Of a stretch of DNA of 64,000 nucleotides, positions 46,918 through 59,926 are shown in pieces. Under the pieces are notes generated by a model. The model was not told where the DNA came from and made no database searches. It was given only the letters and a program-made list of their open reading frames with translations. This stretch comes from a virus. Each line of letters begins with the position of its first letter. The first letter of the stretch is position 1. The position numbers were made by a program, and so were the translations under genes. The stretch is from positions 1 to 64,000 of the IMG/VR virus record IMGVR_UViG_3300043449_000492. One strand, 5' to 3'.

Positions 46918-47253
46918 ATGGCCGAATATGTAGAACTATACATCGATCAAGGAGCCGATTTTGAATCGACTCTAGTTCTTGAGGACGATGTTACCAATCT
47001 TCTACAAAATGTCTCAAGTTATGTAGTAACGGGAACAATGAGAAGGTCATTACTTTCTCAAAACGCTTCTGGTATTCTTAGTTGCGCCATCAATGCTAAT
47101 GCTACTGGCGAGATTCTAATGACAATGAATGCTGCAAACACAGCTAATTTAAGACCAGGAACACATCTTTTTGATGTTAAGACATTTGATGGAAGTAAAT
47201 ATAATAGACTGATTGAAGGTATCATTATAGTAACACCCTCTATCACAAAGTAA
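46918..47253 (+). CDS. virion adaptor protein (BppU-like)
   Basis: LYIDQGADF...RLIEGIIIVTPSITK. Confidence 0.7.
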   Translation: MAEYVELYIDQGADFESTLVLEDDVTNLLQNVSSYVVTGTMRRSLLSQNASGILSCAINANATGEILMTMNAANTANLRPGTHLFDVKTFDGSKYNRLIEGIIIVTPSITK

Positions 47254-47258
47254 GTTCA

Positions 47259-47492
47259 ATGTCCAGCAACAAGATTACTGTTATAACACAACCTAAAAAC
47301 CGAATTATGATAAATAATTCTCAGAAAGCTCAAATTAAGAACGTCACAACGCCTGTTACTATCAATAAGTTAGCACAGATGCTCGATGTGGACGCTTCTA
47401 GCATAGATAACAACGAAACAGTAGTTTATGATGAGGTAAGTGGCAAATTTGTAGTGAAAGAATTACCCATCATAAACGGAGGAACCTTCTAA
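47259..47492 (+). CDS. small fibre adaptor ending INGGTF
   Basis: LDVD...VVYDEVSGKF...INGGTF. Confidence 0.7.
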   Translation: MSSNKITVITQPKNRIMINNSQKAQIKNVTTPVTINKLAQMLDVDASSIDNNETVVYDEVSGKFVVKELPIINGGTF

Positions 47493-47493
47493 C

Positions 47494-48990
47494 ATGTCTA
47501 ATACATTAATTCAGATCAAGAGATCCCAAACAACGTCAGCTCCTGGATCTCTGCAGATCGGTGAGCTGGCGTATTCTTATTCATCTAATAATCTCTTTAT
47601 CGGTACTCCAGACGGTGCTAGTGTTATCGCTATTGGCGGCGCATCAATGGGTATTGGCGCTAATGCTTATGCAGCTGCTGTAGGCGTATCTGCTAACTCA
47701 TACGCAGCAGCAGTAGGTGTCTCCGCTAACTCGTATTCAGCAGCCGTCGGTGTTTCTGCTAACTCATATGCCTCTGCTGTAGGTGTATCTGCTAATAGTT
47801 ATGCAGCTGCAGTTGGTGTTTCTGCAAATGCGTTCGCTACATCAGTTGGAATTGCTGGCAACAACTATACAAACTCTGTAGGCGTTGCTGGAAATAACTA
47901 TACTAATGCAGTAGGAACGGCAGGCAATAACTACACAAACGCCGTCGGTCAGTCTGGTAATGCTTATGCAGAATTTGTAGGCGCATCAGCAAACGCATAT
48001 GCAACCGCTACATACTATGCAAAGACAGGCGGAACAATCTCTGGTGACGTTACAGTTACTGGAAATCTTACAGTTTCAGGACAGACAACTTATACCAATA
48101 CAAATACATTGCTTGTTGGTGATAACATTGTCACACTTAATGCTGACCTTCCAGGTACCGCAGCTCCAACAGAGAATGCTGGTCTAGAAGTCAATCGTGG
48201 TAATGCTGGCGCTAACGCTGCTCTTTTCTGGAATGAAACAACTGACAAGTGGCAAATTTCTACTAACTTTGGTTCAGGTTCAACTTGGCTAAACATTGCA
48301 TCTAATACTGATGTTGAGTCAGTAGCATCTGGTGCAAACGCTTACTCAGCCGCTGTTGGTGTATCAGCCAATAGCTATGCCGCCGCAGTCGGAGTCTCAG
48401 CTAACTCTTATGCAGCCGCTGCAGCAGTTTCCGCTAATTCATACGCTGCAGCAGTTGGTGTATCAGCTAATCTATATGCAGACACTAAAGTATCTTCTGT
48501 CACTGGCACAGCAGGTCAAATCTTTAGTTCAGGTGGCACGACACCTACACTCAATCTAATTTCAACAGGCGTAACAGCTACTACTTATGGCGGTTCTACA
48601 CAAGTTCCAACATTTACAGTAGATGCTTTTGGTCGTCTGACATCTGCAGCTAACGTATCAATCGCTGCGATGGACTATGCATACGTTAATACTGCTGCTA
48701 ATAATGCTAACTCATATGCTGCTGCTGTTGGTGTATCTGCTAACTCTTATGCGGCGCAGATCACAGGTTATGCTAACACTAACGCATCAAACGGTTCTTA
48801 TATCAGCACTGGTGTGGTTCGTGTAGCTTATGGCGGTACAGGAAATACAACCTTCCTTGCAAACAGCGTTCTCATCGGCGCAGGAACTGATCCAATCTGG
48901 GGTCTTGCATCTTCTACAGAAGGTCATCTACTACAGATTAGTTCTGCTGGTGCACCACAGTTTGCAATGCTTGACGGAGGTTCATTCTAA
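47494..48990 (+). CDS. fibre protein with 11-residue repeats
   Basis: IQIKRS..GELAY N-domain; SANSYAAAVGV repeats; ends LDGGSF. Confidence 0.8.
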   Translation: MSNTLIQIKRSQTTSAPGSLQIGELAYSYSSNNLFIGTPDGASVIAIGGASMGIGANAYAAAVGVSANSYAAAVGVSANSYSAAVGVSANSYASAVGVSANSYAAAVGVSANAFATSVGIAGNNYTNSVGVAGNNYTNAVGTAGNNYTNAVGQSGNAYAEFVGASANAYATATYYAKTGGTISGDVTVTGNLTVSGQTTYTNTNTLLVGDNIVTLNADLPGTAAPTENAGLEVNRGNAGANAALFWNETTDKWQISTNFGSGSTWLNIASNTDVESVASGANAYSAAVGVSANSYAAAVGVSANSYAAAAAVSANSYAAAVGVSANLYADTKVSSVTGTAGQIFSSGGTTPTLNLISTGVTATTYGGSTQVPTFTVDAFGRLTSAANVSIAAMDYAYVNTAANNANSYAAAVGVSANSYAAQITGYANTNASNGSYISTGVVRVAYGGTGNTTFLANSVLIGAGTDPIWGLASSTEGHLLQISSAGAPQFAMLDGGSF

Positions 48991-49011
48991 CATTTAATTA
49001 GGAGATACAAA

Positions 49012-49650
49012 ATGAGTGATACAAATGTGAACTATATGAATGCTTATGTTGACTTGACTATGGAAACAGTTCATTCGTATCTCAATGAAATTCTACAACT
49101 AAAAACGCAGTTGAAGCTACTCAATGGCCTGGTTTTGGACAAAGACCAGGTCATTTCTTCATTGCAGCAGCAAGTAGATACATTGAGCGATGAGCGTGGA
49201 AATCGTGAACAGATAGAAGCTGAACTACAAAAGGTTCGTGACGAATCAAATGGTGAAATACAAAAGCTTCGTGAAAATGCAGCTACTTGGGAATTTCAAT
49301 TCAATAGTATGAAAGAAAAAGTATCTCACATGGATACTTTGATTAATCAGCATAATGATCTACAAAAAGAGTTTGTCATTAAGACTAATGAACTGGAACA
49401 TGTTAGCACAGTTTTGGCAGAATTGAAGCCTAAGTTAGATGAATCAAATCGACAGGTTGAAAATCTTACAGCAGAATTAGCTAGTGCAAACAAGAAAATT
49501 GATCGTCTCACTAAGAAGGAAGAAAAGAAAGTTTCTGTAGTGACACCAGTCACCCCTTCTAAGAAAGACATAAATAAGGATGAGACTAAATCGACTTCCC
49601 TATCTCAGAAGATTGTGGACAAACCTAAAGAGACAGACGACGACTTCTAA
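49012..49650 (+). CDS. coiled-coil protein
   Basis: heptad-rich, charged. Confidence 0.7.
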   Translation: MSDTNVNYMNAYVDLTMETVHSYLNEILQLKTQLKLLNGLVLDKDQVISSLQQQVDTLSDERGNREQIEAELQKVRDESNGEIQKLRENAATWEFQFNSMKEKVSHMDTLINQHNDLQKEFVIKTNELEHVSTVLAELKPKLDESNRQVENLTAELASANKKIDRLTKKEEKKVSVVTPVTPSKKDINKDETKSTSLSQKIVDKPKETDDDF

Positions 49651-52600
49651 TGGCTAATACCACTATTGCAATCAAAAAATCTGGAACTCCTGCCGCTGTA
49701 CCTGCGGCACTAGCTAATGGCGAGCTTGCTATTAACTATGCTGACGGTAAGCTATATTATAAGAATACAACAGGCCAGATTGTTTCGATTAGCGGTTCTG
49801 GTGGTAACTCGTTTGGTATTGCTAATGTTGATAATATTCTTATTTTATCTAGCACAGGCAATGACGTTCTAAACTTCCGTTCTGGTAACGGTGTCTCTCT
49901 ATCCGCTTGCTCTACAACTAGAACAATCACATTCAATGGAACAACAAATGTTCCTATATCACCTACTGCTCCATCTACTCCAGTTGCTGGTGACGTATGG
50001 TGGAATAGTAATCTTGGTAGTTTGTTTATCTATTACAATGATGGCGATTCTAGTCAGTGGATTGAAGCAGTTCCTACTGGTGGAACAACGGCCGGCGGCA
50101 GTGGTAGTGACGCCGCCGCTTTTACTCATGCTAATGCTGCATTCGACCAAGCTAACAATTCGTATGTAAACGCAAATAATGCTGCTAACTCATCAAACTC
50201 TTTTGCAGTAACTATTGGTGCGTCATCTAATGCATGGGCTAACTCATTATCAACTATTGATAGAGCAATAGCAAATGCTGCCGCTAACTCGGCAAACTCT
50301 GTAGCGTCCGCATCATATTATACCATTGCAAACGGAACCTCAGCTTTTGCTAAAGCTAATGCTGCACTTGCTAACTCTACAGGAACTTTTGCTGGTGACC
50401 TAAGAGTTACTGGTAATGTTGTTACTAACACAATAAACTCAATGAGTGGGTTTATTGACTTAGGTCCTGGTTCTAGACCAAGTTATCTTGAAGGTCGTAT
50501 CTACTATGACAATGTTGATAAGTCACTAACAGTATTCAATAACGATTCTAACTTTGTTCTTCCTTTAGGTCAAAAAGAGTTTGTCAAAGTATTGAATAAC
50601 TCAGGTGCTACAATCAATAGAGGTCAGCCTGTTTATGCTACAGGTTTCCATGCCACTTCACATCATCATATTACAATTGGTCTAGCTGATGCATCTGATG
50701 CAGCTAAGTATGACGTTATTGGACTAGCAGGACACGACATTTTAAATGGTGACCATGGTTATGTTATTGTTCGTGGTTGGATAGGTGGATTCGATACTTC
50801 TGGTCTAACACAGGGTCAAAGATTTCATCTAGGTTTTGCTTCACCAGGGACTCTAGTTACTACTTCTCCTGAGTATCCTAATTATCCGTATGACATTGGA
50901 TATTGTATCGTATCAGATGCAACAAATGGCTTTCTTTATGTCGATAGACAGTCACACACGCAAGAAAGTATTAGAGTCTTAAACGGTGCTCGTATCGGCG
51001 GTGACATGACTGTCGAAGGAGACTTCACGGTTCTAGGAACACAGACAGTTACTAGCACATCAAGTCTATCAGTAGGCACACAATACATCTATCTTTCTGC
51101 TGGTGATAGTATTCCTAATTCTAACATAACATTCACAGGCACTGGTCTAAATGACTTGTCCTTCAAGGGTCATTATGAAGGTATAGGAACTACTACCTTC
51201 TATGTTAAGATTACTGGTTCTAATGTTGACGGCGAATACTTTACTTGGTCATATAACAACTTTGTCTCGAATGTTGCAACAAACACTAAGATTCTATATC
51301 AAACTAGTCAACCTCTTTCTAATGGCATTAGTGTATATTTCCAAGCAAATACAGGACACACTGTTGGCGACACTTGGAATGCATCAGTCACAGCCGTTTC
51401 TACAGATTCTGGCTTTGTAACTAATCATACAGATCCTGGACGTTATACTCATGCGGGTATGTTCCGGGATGCTACCGACGGCACATTTAAGTTTTTCAAT
51501 ACATATGATGCTGAGCCTGCAGGTAACATTGATATTGCCAACTCAACATTTAGTTTGGGTAATGTTCAAGTTCTAAAGATTACCGCAGATGAAATATTTG
51601 CAGGAGCTACAGAGATTGGTGGTCTAGTTCCACTATCATATGATACTGCAAATGCCGCATATAGTGCTGCCAATACTAAACTATCAAACACATCTGGTGT
51701 AGCATTCATCGGTAGTCTATATTTCCCAAGTGGTAATATTGCTATTGGCTCAGGCTTTTCTAACTATCCTCTTACTATTGTCAGTGGCGGTGTCACCCCT
51801 CTAGCAGGTCTAACAGGCGCTCTAGCAACTGCTGAAGGTACAGTCAACGGAACTAATCAGTTCAATCTTCGTAATGCTGGTGCAGGATCGGCAGCTTCAA
51901 GTGACTATATCGCTACATCTAATGATGGTTCAGAGACTACAAACTTCATTGACTTAGGTATTAACAACTCAGGATACAATGCACCAGCGTTTTGGACAAT
52001 CAATGGTCCAAGAGATGGTTATTTGTATATGCCTGACGGCAATCTATCTATTGGTGTTGCTAATACAACTGCAACATATAAGTTTGTTAATTTCTTTCTT
52101 GGTGGCGCTCTTGCAGCCGATGAAGTTATGCGTCTACAAGATTCTGCAGGCGGAGCTAATGTCGGTATCGGCACAACATCACCTGACTATAAGCTATGCG
52201 TCACAGGAACAATTAACGCAGCAAATATTCTAGTCAATCAGGTTCCCGTAGTATCTAATGCAGCAACCACACTATTTACAGGTACATCAAACAATACTAA
52301 CTTCGTCGCCGGCGCCAATGCTGCAGAAGTCATCACAGCATCTATCGGATTTGTCATCGACGGTGGTGGAGCAGTAATTGAACCTGGTCAAAAAGGTCAC
52401 ATCGAAGTTCCTTTCTCTGCTACAATCAATCAGTGGACAATGCTACTTGACCAGACTGGATCTGCTAACGTAGAAATCTGGAAAGAATCGTATGCAAACT
52501 TCCCGCCAACAAATGGTGATACTATTAACACAGGCGGGTTCCAAGTCTCTACAGGTGTTAAGAATCAAGGAAGTCTATTCAATACATCATCAACAATCAA

Positions 52601-52685
52601 TGCTGGTGATATTCTAGCGTATAACGTAGCTACAGTAGATGCAACAACTCGTCTCACCATTTCGCTAAAAGTGACTAAGACCTAA
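49650..52685 (+). CDS. tail fibre protein
   Basis: IAIKKS..GELAINYADGKLYY N-domain; GDVWWNS..QWI motif; VGIGTTSP; C-terminal IGFVIDGGG domain. Confidence 0.8.
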   Translation: MANTTIAIKKSGTPAAVPAALANGELAINYADGKLYYKNTTGQIVSISGSGGNSFGIANVDNILILSSTGNDVLNFRSGNGVSLSACSTTRTITFNGTTNVPISPTAPSTPVAGDVWWNSNLGSLFIYYNDGDSSQWIEAVPTGGTTAGGSGSDAAAFTHANAAFDQANNSYVNANNAANSSNSFAVTIGASSNAWANSLSTIDRAIANAAANSANSVASASYYTIANGTSAFAKANAALANSTGTFAGDLRVTGNVVTNTINSMSGFIDLGPGSRPSYLEGRIYYDNVDKSLTVFNNDSNFVLPLGQKEFVKVLNNSGATINRGQPVYATGFHATSHHHITIGLADASDAAKYDVIGLAGHDILNGDHGYVIVRGWIGGFDTSGLTQGQRFHLGFASPGTLVTTSPEYPNYPYDIGYCIVSDATNGFLYVDRQSHTQESIRVLNGARIGGDMTVEGDFTVLGTQTVTSTSSLSVGTQYIYLSAGDSIPNSNITFTGTGLNDLSFKGHYEGIGTTTFYVKITGSNVDGEYFTWSYNNFVSNVATNTKILYQTSQPLSNGISVYFQANTGHTVGDTWNASVTAVSTDSGFVTNHTDPGRYTHAGMFRDATDGTFKFFNTYDAEPAGNIDIANSTFSLGNVQVLKITADEIFAGATEIGGLVPLSYDTANAAYSAANTKLSNTSGVAFIGSLYFPSGNIAIGSGFSNYPLTIVSGGVTPLAGLTGALATAEGTVNGTNQFNLRNAGAGSAASSDYIATSNDGSETTNFIDLGINNSGYNAPAFWTINGPRDGYLYMPDGNLSIGVANTTATYKFVNFFLGGALAADEVMRLQDSAGGANVGIGTTSPDYKLCVTGTINAANILVNQVPVVSNAATTLFTGTSNNTNFVAGANAAEVITASIGFVIDGGGAVIEPGQKGHIEVPFSATINQWTMLLDQTGSANVEIWKESYANFPPTNGDTINTGGFQVSTGVKNQGSLFNTSSTINAGDILAYNVATVDATTRLTISLKVTKT

Positions 52686-53635
52686 TGGCTACTAACGTAT
52701 ATGTCGCTATTACCACAACTAGTCAATGGACAGTTCCTGATGATTGGAACAATATTGATAATAGCATCATTTGTATTGGTGCAGGTGCTGGTGGTTATCT
52801 AGCTCCTGCAACTACAGGTTCTCCTGGTGGCGGCGGCGGTTCGTTTGCTATCTCAAATAACTTTACACTAACACCTGGCACAAACATCTTCATTAACTGT
52901 CAAGGTGTATTAACCGCTGCTAATACTAATGGTGCTAATACTTGGGTTAATGTTGCTTCTAATGCTGCTCCCGCATCAGCGGCAGGAGGAGCATTAGCAA
53001 CAGGTGGTAGAACACCTACTACTCAGACTACTGGCGGTATTGCCGTTGCAGGTTCTATAGGAACAGTAACTAATCTTGGCGGCAACGGCGGTACAGCTAC
53101 TACCGCTACATTTACTGCTGGTGGCGGTGGAGGATCTGCTGGACCTGCTGGTGTAGGTAGAAACGGTGGTAACGGCGATACTGCAACAGCAGGTGACGAC
53201 GGTGGTGGCGGCGGCGGTGGTTCTAATGGAGGCTCATCTACCGCTGGTGGTAACGGTGGTACTGCTGGTGGCGCTGGTGGTCAGGGTTCTGGTGGTACAG
53301 GAGCAGGAACTGGCGGCTCCAACGCTGATGGTGGCGATGCTACAGCAGGTTCAGGCGCTGGTGGCGGCGGCGGCGATAACGGTAGAAATGGCGGCGATGG
53401 CGCTATACAAAACATCTGGAATATTAGTGGCGTTGATTATGGCCCGGGCGGCGGTGGAGGTGGTACAGGTAACCAAAGTGCTGGTACTAACTTAACTGGC
53501 GGAAACGGCGGCGCATTTGGTGGCGGTGGAGGTGGTACAGAGACTGCTGGTAGCGGTCTTGGCGGCGGTGGTCTTGTTATTGTTCGTTATAGTCTTCCCT
53601 CAAAAGGTTACGCATACGGTTATATAATAGGATAA
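52685..53635 (+). CDS. glycine-rich (polyglycine II) fibre tip protein
   Basis: WTVP..IICIGAGAGG...GGGGLVIVRY. Confidence 0.75.
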   Translation: MATNVYVAITTTSQWTVPDDWNNIDNSIICIGAGAGGYLAPATTGSPGGGGGSFAISNNFTLTPGTNIFINCQGVLTAANTNGANTWVNVASNAAPASAAGGALATGGRTPTTQTTGGIAVAGSIGTVTNLGGNGGTATTATFTAGGGGGSAGPAGVGRNGGNGDTATAGDDGGGGGGGSNGGSSTAGGNGGTAGGAGGQGSGGTGAGTGGSNADGGDATAGSGAGGGGGDNGRNGGDGAIQNIWNISGVDYGPGGGGGGTGNQSAGTNLTGGNGGAFGGGGGGTETAGSGLGGGGLVIVRYSLPSKGYAYGYIIG

Positions 53636-53659
53636 ATAGACAAGCAACAAGAGTTATAG

Positions 53660-55327
53660 ATGGCATTAAATTTCCCAAGTTCACCAATTAACGGTCAAAT
53701 ATATTTCGATGCATCATCAGGCAATCGTTATGTGTATGATTCTGCGAATACGATTTGGACATATGCTGCTAATAACTCATTAGTCGGTTCAGCAAACTCA
53801 CAGATTCTATTCAATAACGAGGGGTCTATAGATGGATCTGATGCTCTCGTTTTTGAAGCCAATACTCTTTATCCTCAAGAAATCGTTGTCACACAAAACT
53901 CAACCGCTACTTACTACTTTGGTAACGGTGCGTTTCTTACAGGTATTACAGCTGGTGTAACCGACTTAAGTGGTGCAAACGGATGGGCAAATAGTCTATC
54001 AACTATCGATAGAGCTATTGCTAACTCTGCTGCTAACTCTGCTAATGCTTATGCGATCACAATAGGTGCTGCAGCCAATGCAACTCATTACATCTATGCA
54101 AATAACGTAGCAAACAATTCCAACGCTTATGCTGGTACTCTATGGACTAATGCTCTTATCAATGCTAACAATGATGCCAATAGTGCTAATGCTTATGCAG
54201 GAACACTTTGGACAAACGCTTTAATCAATAGCAATAACTCCGCTAATTCTGCCAACGCATATACTGTAACAGTTGGTGCAGCAGGGAATACTGCTGCTTA
54301 CATCTTTGCTAACGGCGTCGGCAACGCAGTTAACGCATTTGCTTCGGCGACATACTATGCTAAATCTGGAGGAACAGTATCTGGCGATGTTGTTATTACA
54401 GGTAATCTAACTGTTTCTGGTCAAACAACATACGCTAATACAGGCACTCTACTTGTAGGCGACAATATTGTTGTTCTCAATGCTGACATTCCAGGTTCAA
54501 TGTCGCCTATTGAAAATGCTGGTATCGAAATCAATCGTGGTTCTAAGAGTGCTAATGCTCAGATTCTATGGATTGAGTCTGCAAATGCTTGGGGTTTCAC
54601 AAGTAATTCACAAAACGGTGTCACAACTTACTTTGCTTCTAATGCTGATATTGTCTTAGATCGTGCAATAGCTAATGGTGCCGCAAACTCAGCAAATGCA
54701 TATGCGGTGACAGTAGGAGCAGCGGGCAACACTGCAGCATATGTTTTTGCAAACGGAACTGCCAATAGTGCAAATGCTTATGCAGTCACTGTAGGAGCAG
54801 CAGGAAATACTGCTGCTTACATCTTTGCAAACGGAACTGCTAATAGTGCAAATGCTTACGCCGTTACAGTTGGTGCTGCAGCTAATGCCACACATTACAT
54901 ATACGCAAACAATGTGGCTAATAGTGCTAATTCATTTGCGGTAACAATTGGAGCATCTTCTAATAACTGGGCTAATACTAAAGGTGTAGTCAATAACACT
55001 CTAACATTTACTAATTCATCAATTTTTGCTAATACACTTCTTACAACATCTGCAACAAGCCAAATTCTTGATGTGTTTTCGACTTCAACTTGGAGGTCAG
55101 CTAATTACATAATTACAATGAATACGACTCCATCGCTATTTCATACTACCCAGATTGTTCTATTACATGACGGAACAAATGCATATATTACTGAATATGG
55201 CACATTGTTTACATCTAACAATTTAGCCCTATTTGATGCAACTATTGTCTCTGGAAACGTAAGATTGAATGTTGTTCCTTCTGTAGCGGTTACCACAATC
55301 AATTTTGTAAGAACGACAAATAAATAA
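53660..55327 (+). CDS. fibre protein with Ala/Asn repeats
   Basis: MALNFPSSP N-terminus; ANSANAYAVTVGAA repeats; LLHDGTNAYITEYG C-domain; GATAAATA at 53631. Confidence 0.8.
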   Translation: MALNFPSSPINGQIYFDASSGNRYVYDSANTIWTYAANNSLVGSANSQILFNNEGSIDGSDALVFEANTLYPQEIVVTQNSTATYYFGNGAFLTGITAGVTDLSGANGWANSLSTIDRAIANSAANSANAYAITIGAAANATHYIYANNVANNSNAYAGTLWTNALINANNDANSANAYAGTLWTNALINSNNSANSANAYTVTVGAAGNTAAYIFANGVGNAVNAFASATYYAKSGGTVSGDVVITGNLTVSGQTTYANTGTLLVGDNIVVLNADIPGSMSPIENAGIEINRGSKSANAQILWIESANAWGFTSNSQNGVTTYFASNADIVLDRAIANGAANSANAYAVTVGAAGNTAAYVFANGTANSANAYAVTVGAAGNTAAYIFANGTANSANAYAVTVGAAANATHYIYANNVANSANSFAVTIGASSNNWANTKGVVNNTLTFTNSSIFANTLLTTSATSQILDVFSTSTWRSANYIITMNTTPSLFHTTQIVLLHDGTNAYITEYGTLFTSNNLALFDATIVSGNVRLNVVPSVAVTTINFVRTTNK

Positions 55328-55555
55328 ATGACAACATCTAATGTTACAGTTGTTCAAGCAGAAGTTCTTTATACAGGAAATCCGACGGTCAATGTTTCGA
55401 CTGTTCAGACAGAAGTTCTTTATGTTCCTAATACTGTCAGTATTAATGTTGCTTCGTTTGGATTGCAAATCTTTTATCAGTTTGGTCCTGAACCTCCATG
55501 TTCAAGAGCAGTTATTAATAGATATACTTCTATTAGAGGACAAGTTTCATTTTGA
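55328..55555 (+). CDS. small protein with internal NVxxVQxEVLY repeat
   Basis: ORF directly after 53660 gene. Confidence 0.55.
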   Translation: MTTSNVTVVQAEVLYTGNPTVNVSTVQTEVLYVPNTVSINVASFGLQIFYQFGPEPPCSRAVINRYTSIRGQVSF

Positions 55556-55592
55556 TAAACTAAATAAGTAAAACCTGGGGAAAGGGAACTAG

Positions 55593-56849
55593 GTGGCTAA
55601 CAAAGAATTTCAAGCTCGGCACGGGCTTATTGTCAATACTAATCTTCTTATTGCTAATGTCATCACTAATAATGTTAGTGTCAATGGCAATTTTTGGACT
55701 AGCAATGTCATATCATTAGGTCCTTATAACAATACCTCTCTCTTTCAATCCGGTAACAACTTTATCATTCAATCGAACGGAGCTAATGTTCTGGTTGTGT
55801 CAGGAAACACGACAGGTATCTTGCTCGATGTAGTCAATAGTGCCTCTCAGGTTCGAGTCTTTTCTGTTTCTGATACTGGTAACGTATATTCTGCGGATAA
55901 CGTCAATGCTAACTATTTTTATGGAAATGGTGCAACTCTTACAGGTCTAAATACACAACCCGATATTGTTTACAGCACTAATTTTAGTATTAGCATTGGA
56001 TATGGAAATGCCAATACGGTAGGTAACTCAGCAAATATTTTTGCAATGACTTACGCTAATGGTGTAGGTAACTCTGTTAATTCTGGTAAAGTTACATCAG
56101 TTACAGGTACATCAGGTCAAATTTTTAGCTCCGAAGGCACAACTCCTACTCTAAATCTAATCAATACATCGGTTACATCATCTACTTATGGCGGATCAAG
56201 TAACATTCCCGTCTTTACAGTCGATGGTCAGGGACGCCTAACATATGCAGCGAATGTTGCAGTTACTTCTGGTGGTATGGACTATGCCTATGCTAATAGT
56301 ATTGGTAACAATGCTAATTCATTGTCTAGCACTAAACTAGCGAACACTACAACAACATTTGCAGGTACATTGACTGTTAGTGGAGATTTAGTTGTAACAG
56401 GCAATGCCAATTTAGATTTTGGAATGGTTATAGTTGATGCATTAAACAATAAAGTAGGAATTGGCGTCGGATCATCGTCTCCAGCAGCCACTCTTGATGT
56501 TGTTGGCTCTGTTTCAACTGCTAGAGCAAACATTCTATCTCAAACACTTACCTTTGTTGCTTCACCTTCTACAACAGCATGGAATGCCGCAAGCGGACAG
56601 ATTGCTACACTTACACTAACAGGTAATGCTATTCTTGCTGCACCAACTAATCTTAGAGTTGGCACATATATACTTCATGTAATACAAGATGGTGTAGGAG
56701 GTAGAACACTGGACGTTTCTAATGCAGTATTCAAGTGGCCAGGTGGCGTTGATCCAGTAGCTACCGCAACAGCAAGTGCCCGTGACGTTTACACATTCGT
56801 CTCAGACGGAACTAACATGTATGGTTCTTACATTCAAAACGTAAAGTAA
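55593..56849 (+). CDS. tail fibre protein
   Basis: ANKEFQARHGL N-terminus; QDGVGGRTL..KWPGG..DVYTF C-domain; ACTAAATA at 55559. Confidence 0.8.
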   Translation: MANKEFQARHGLIVNTNLLIANVITNNVSVNGNFWTSNVISLGPYNNTSLFQSGNNFIIQSNGANVLVVSGNTTGILLDVVNSASQVRVFSVSDTGNVYSADNVNANYFYGNGATLTGLNTQPDIVYSTNFSISIGYGNANTVGNSANIFAMTYANGVGNSVNSGKVTSVTGTSGQIFSSEGTTPTLNLINTSVTSSTYGGSSNIPVFTVDGQGRLTYAANVAVTSGGMDYAYANSIGNNANSLSSTKLANTTTTFAGTLTVSGDLVVTGNANLDFGMVIVDALNNKVGIGVGSSSPAATLDVVGSVSTARANILSQTLTFVASPSTTAWNAASGQIATLTLTGNAILAAPTNLRVGTYILHVIQDGVGGRTLDVSNAVFKWPGGVDPVATATASARDVYTFVSDGTNMYGSYIQNVK

Positions 56850-56862
56850 GGAGTTTCTTTAC

Positions 56863-59547
<2,685 letters not shown>

Positions 59548-59563
59548 TAATAGGGAGAAACTA

Positions 59564-59917
59564 ATGAACCTAAAATATCGTATTCTTAGAGTAAACGCAG
59601 AAGATCATTCATTCGCCGTAAGATACTTTACAGATATTCTTACAGAAGATTTGCTTTGTAGTTATTTTGACGCAGACGGAAACATTGTTAGAGATGAAAA
59701 CAATTATCCTTTGTCATGTAAGACCGATACAAATGTAACAATTTTCAATAATCCTAATCCTTCTCAAGATGATATTATCAAACTAGTTACAGACTATTCA
59801 TCTACAATGAAAGATTATCTGGCAATTCTTGAACTTCAGCTACAACCCAACGCAGTGGAACGAATGGCAAATGTAACATCACTAGTGAATACAACAGGAG
59901 TTATCACACTCGATTAA
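59564..59917 (+). CDS. hypothetical protein
   Basis: GGGAG SD, ORF. Confidence 0.7.
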   Translation: MNLKYRILRVNAEDHSFAVRYFTDILTEDLLCSYFDADGNIVRDENNYPLSCKTDTNVTIFNNPNPSQDDIIKLVTDYSSTMKDYLAILELQLQPNAVERMANVTSLVNTTGVITLD

Positions 59918-59926
59918 GGATATATT

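Noticed and set aside
47650-48480. CRISPR-like 33-bp periodicity
   Set aside because: In-frame coding repeats with wobble variation, no unique spacers, no cas operon
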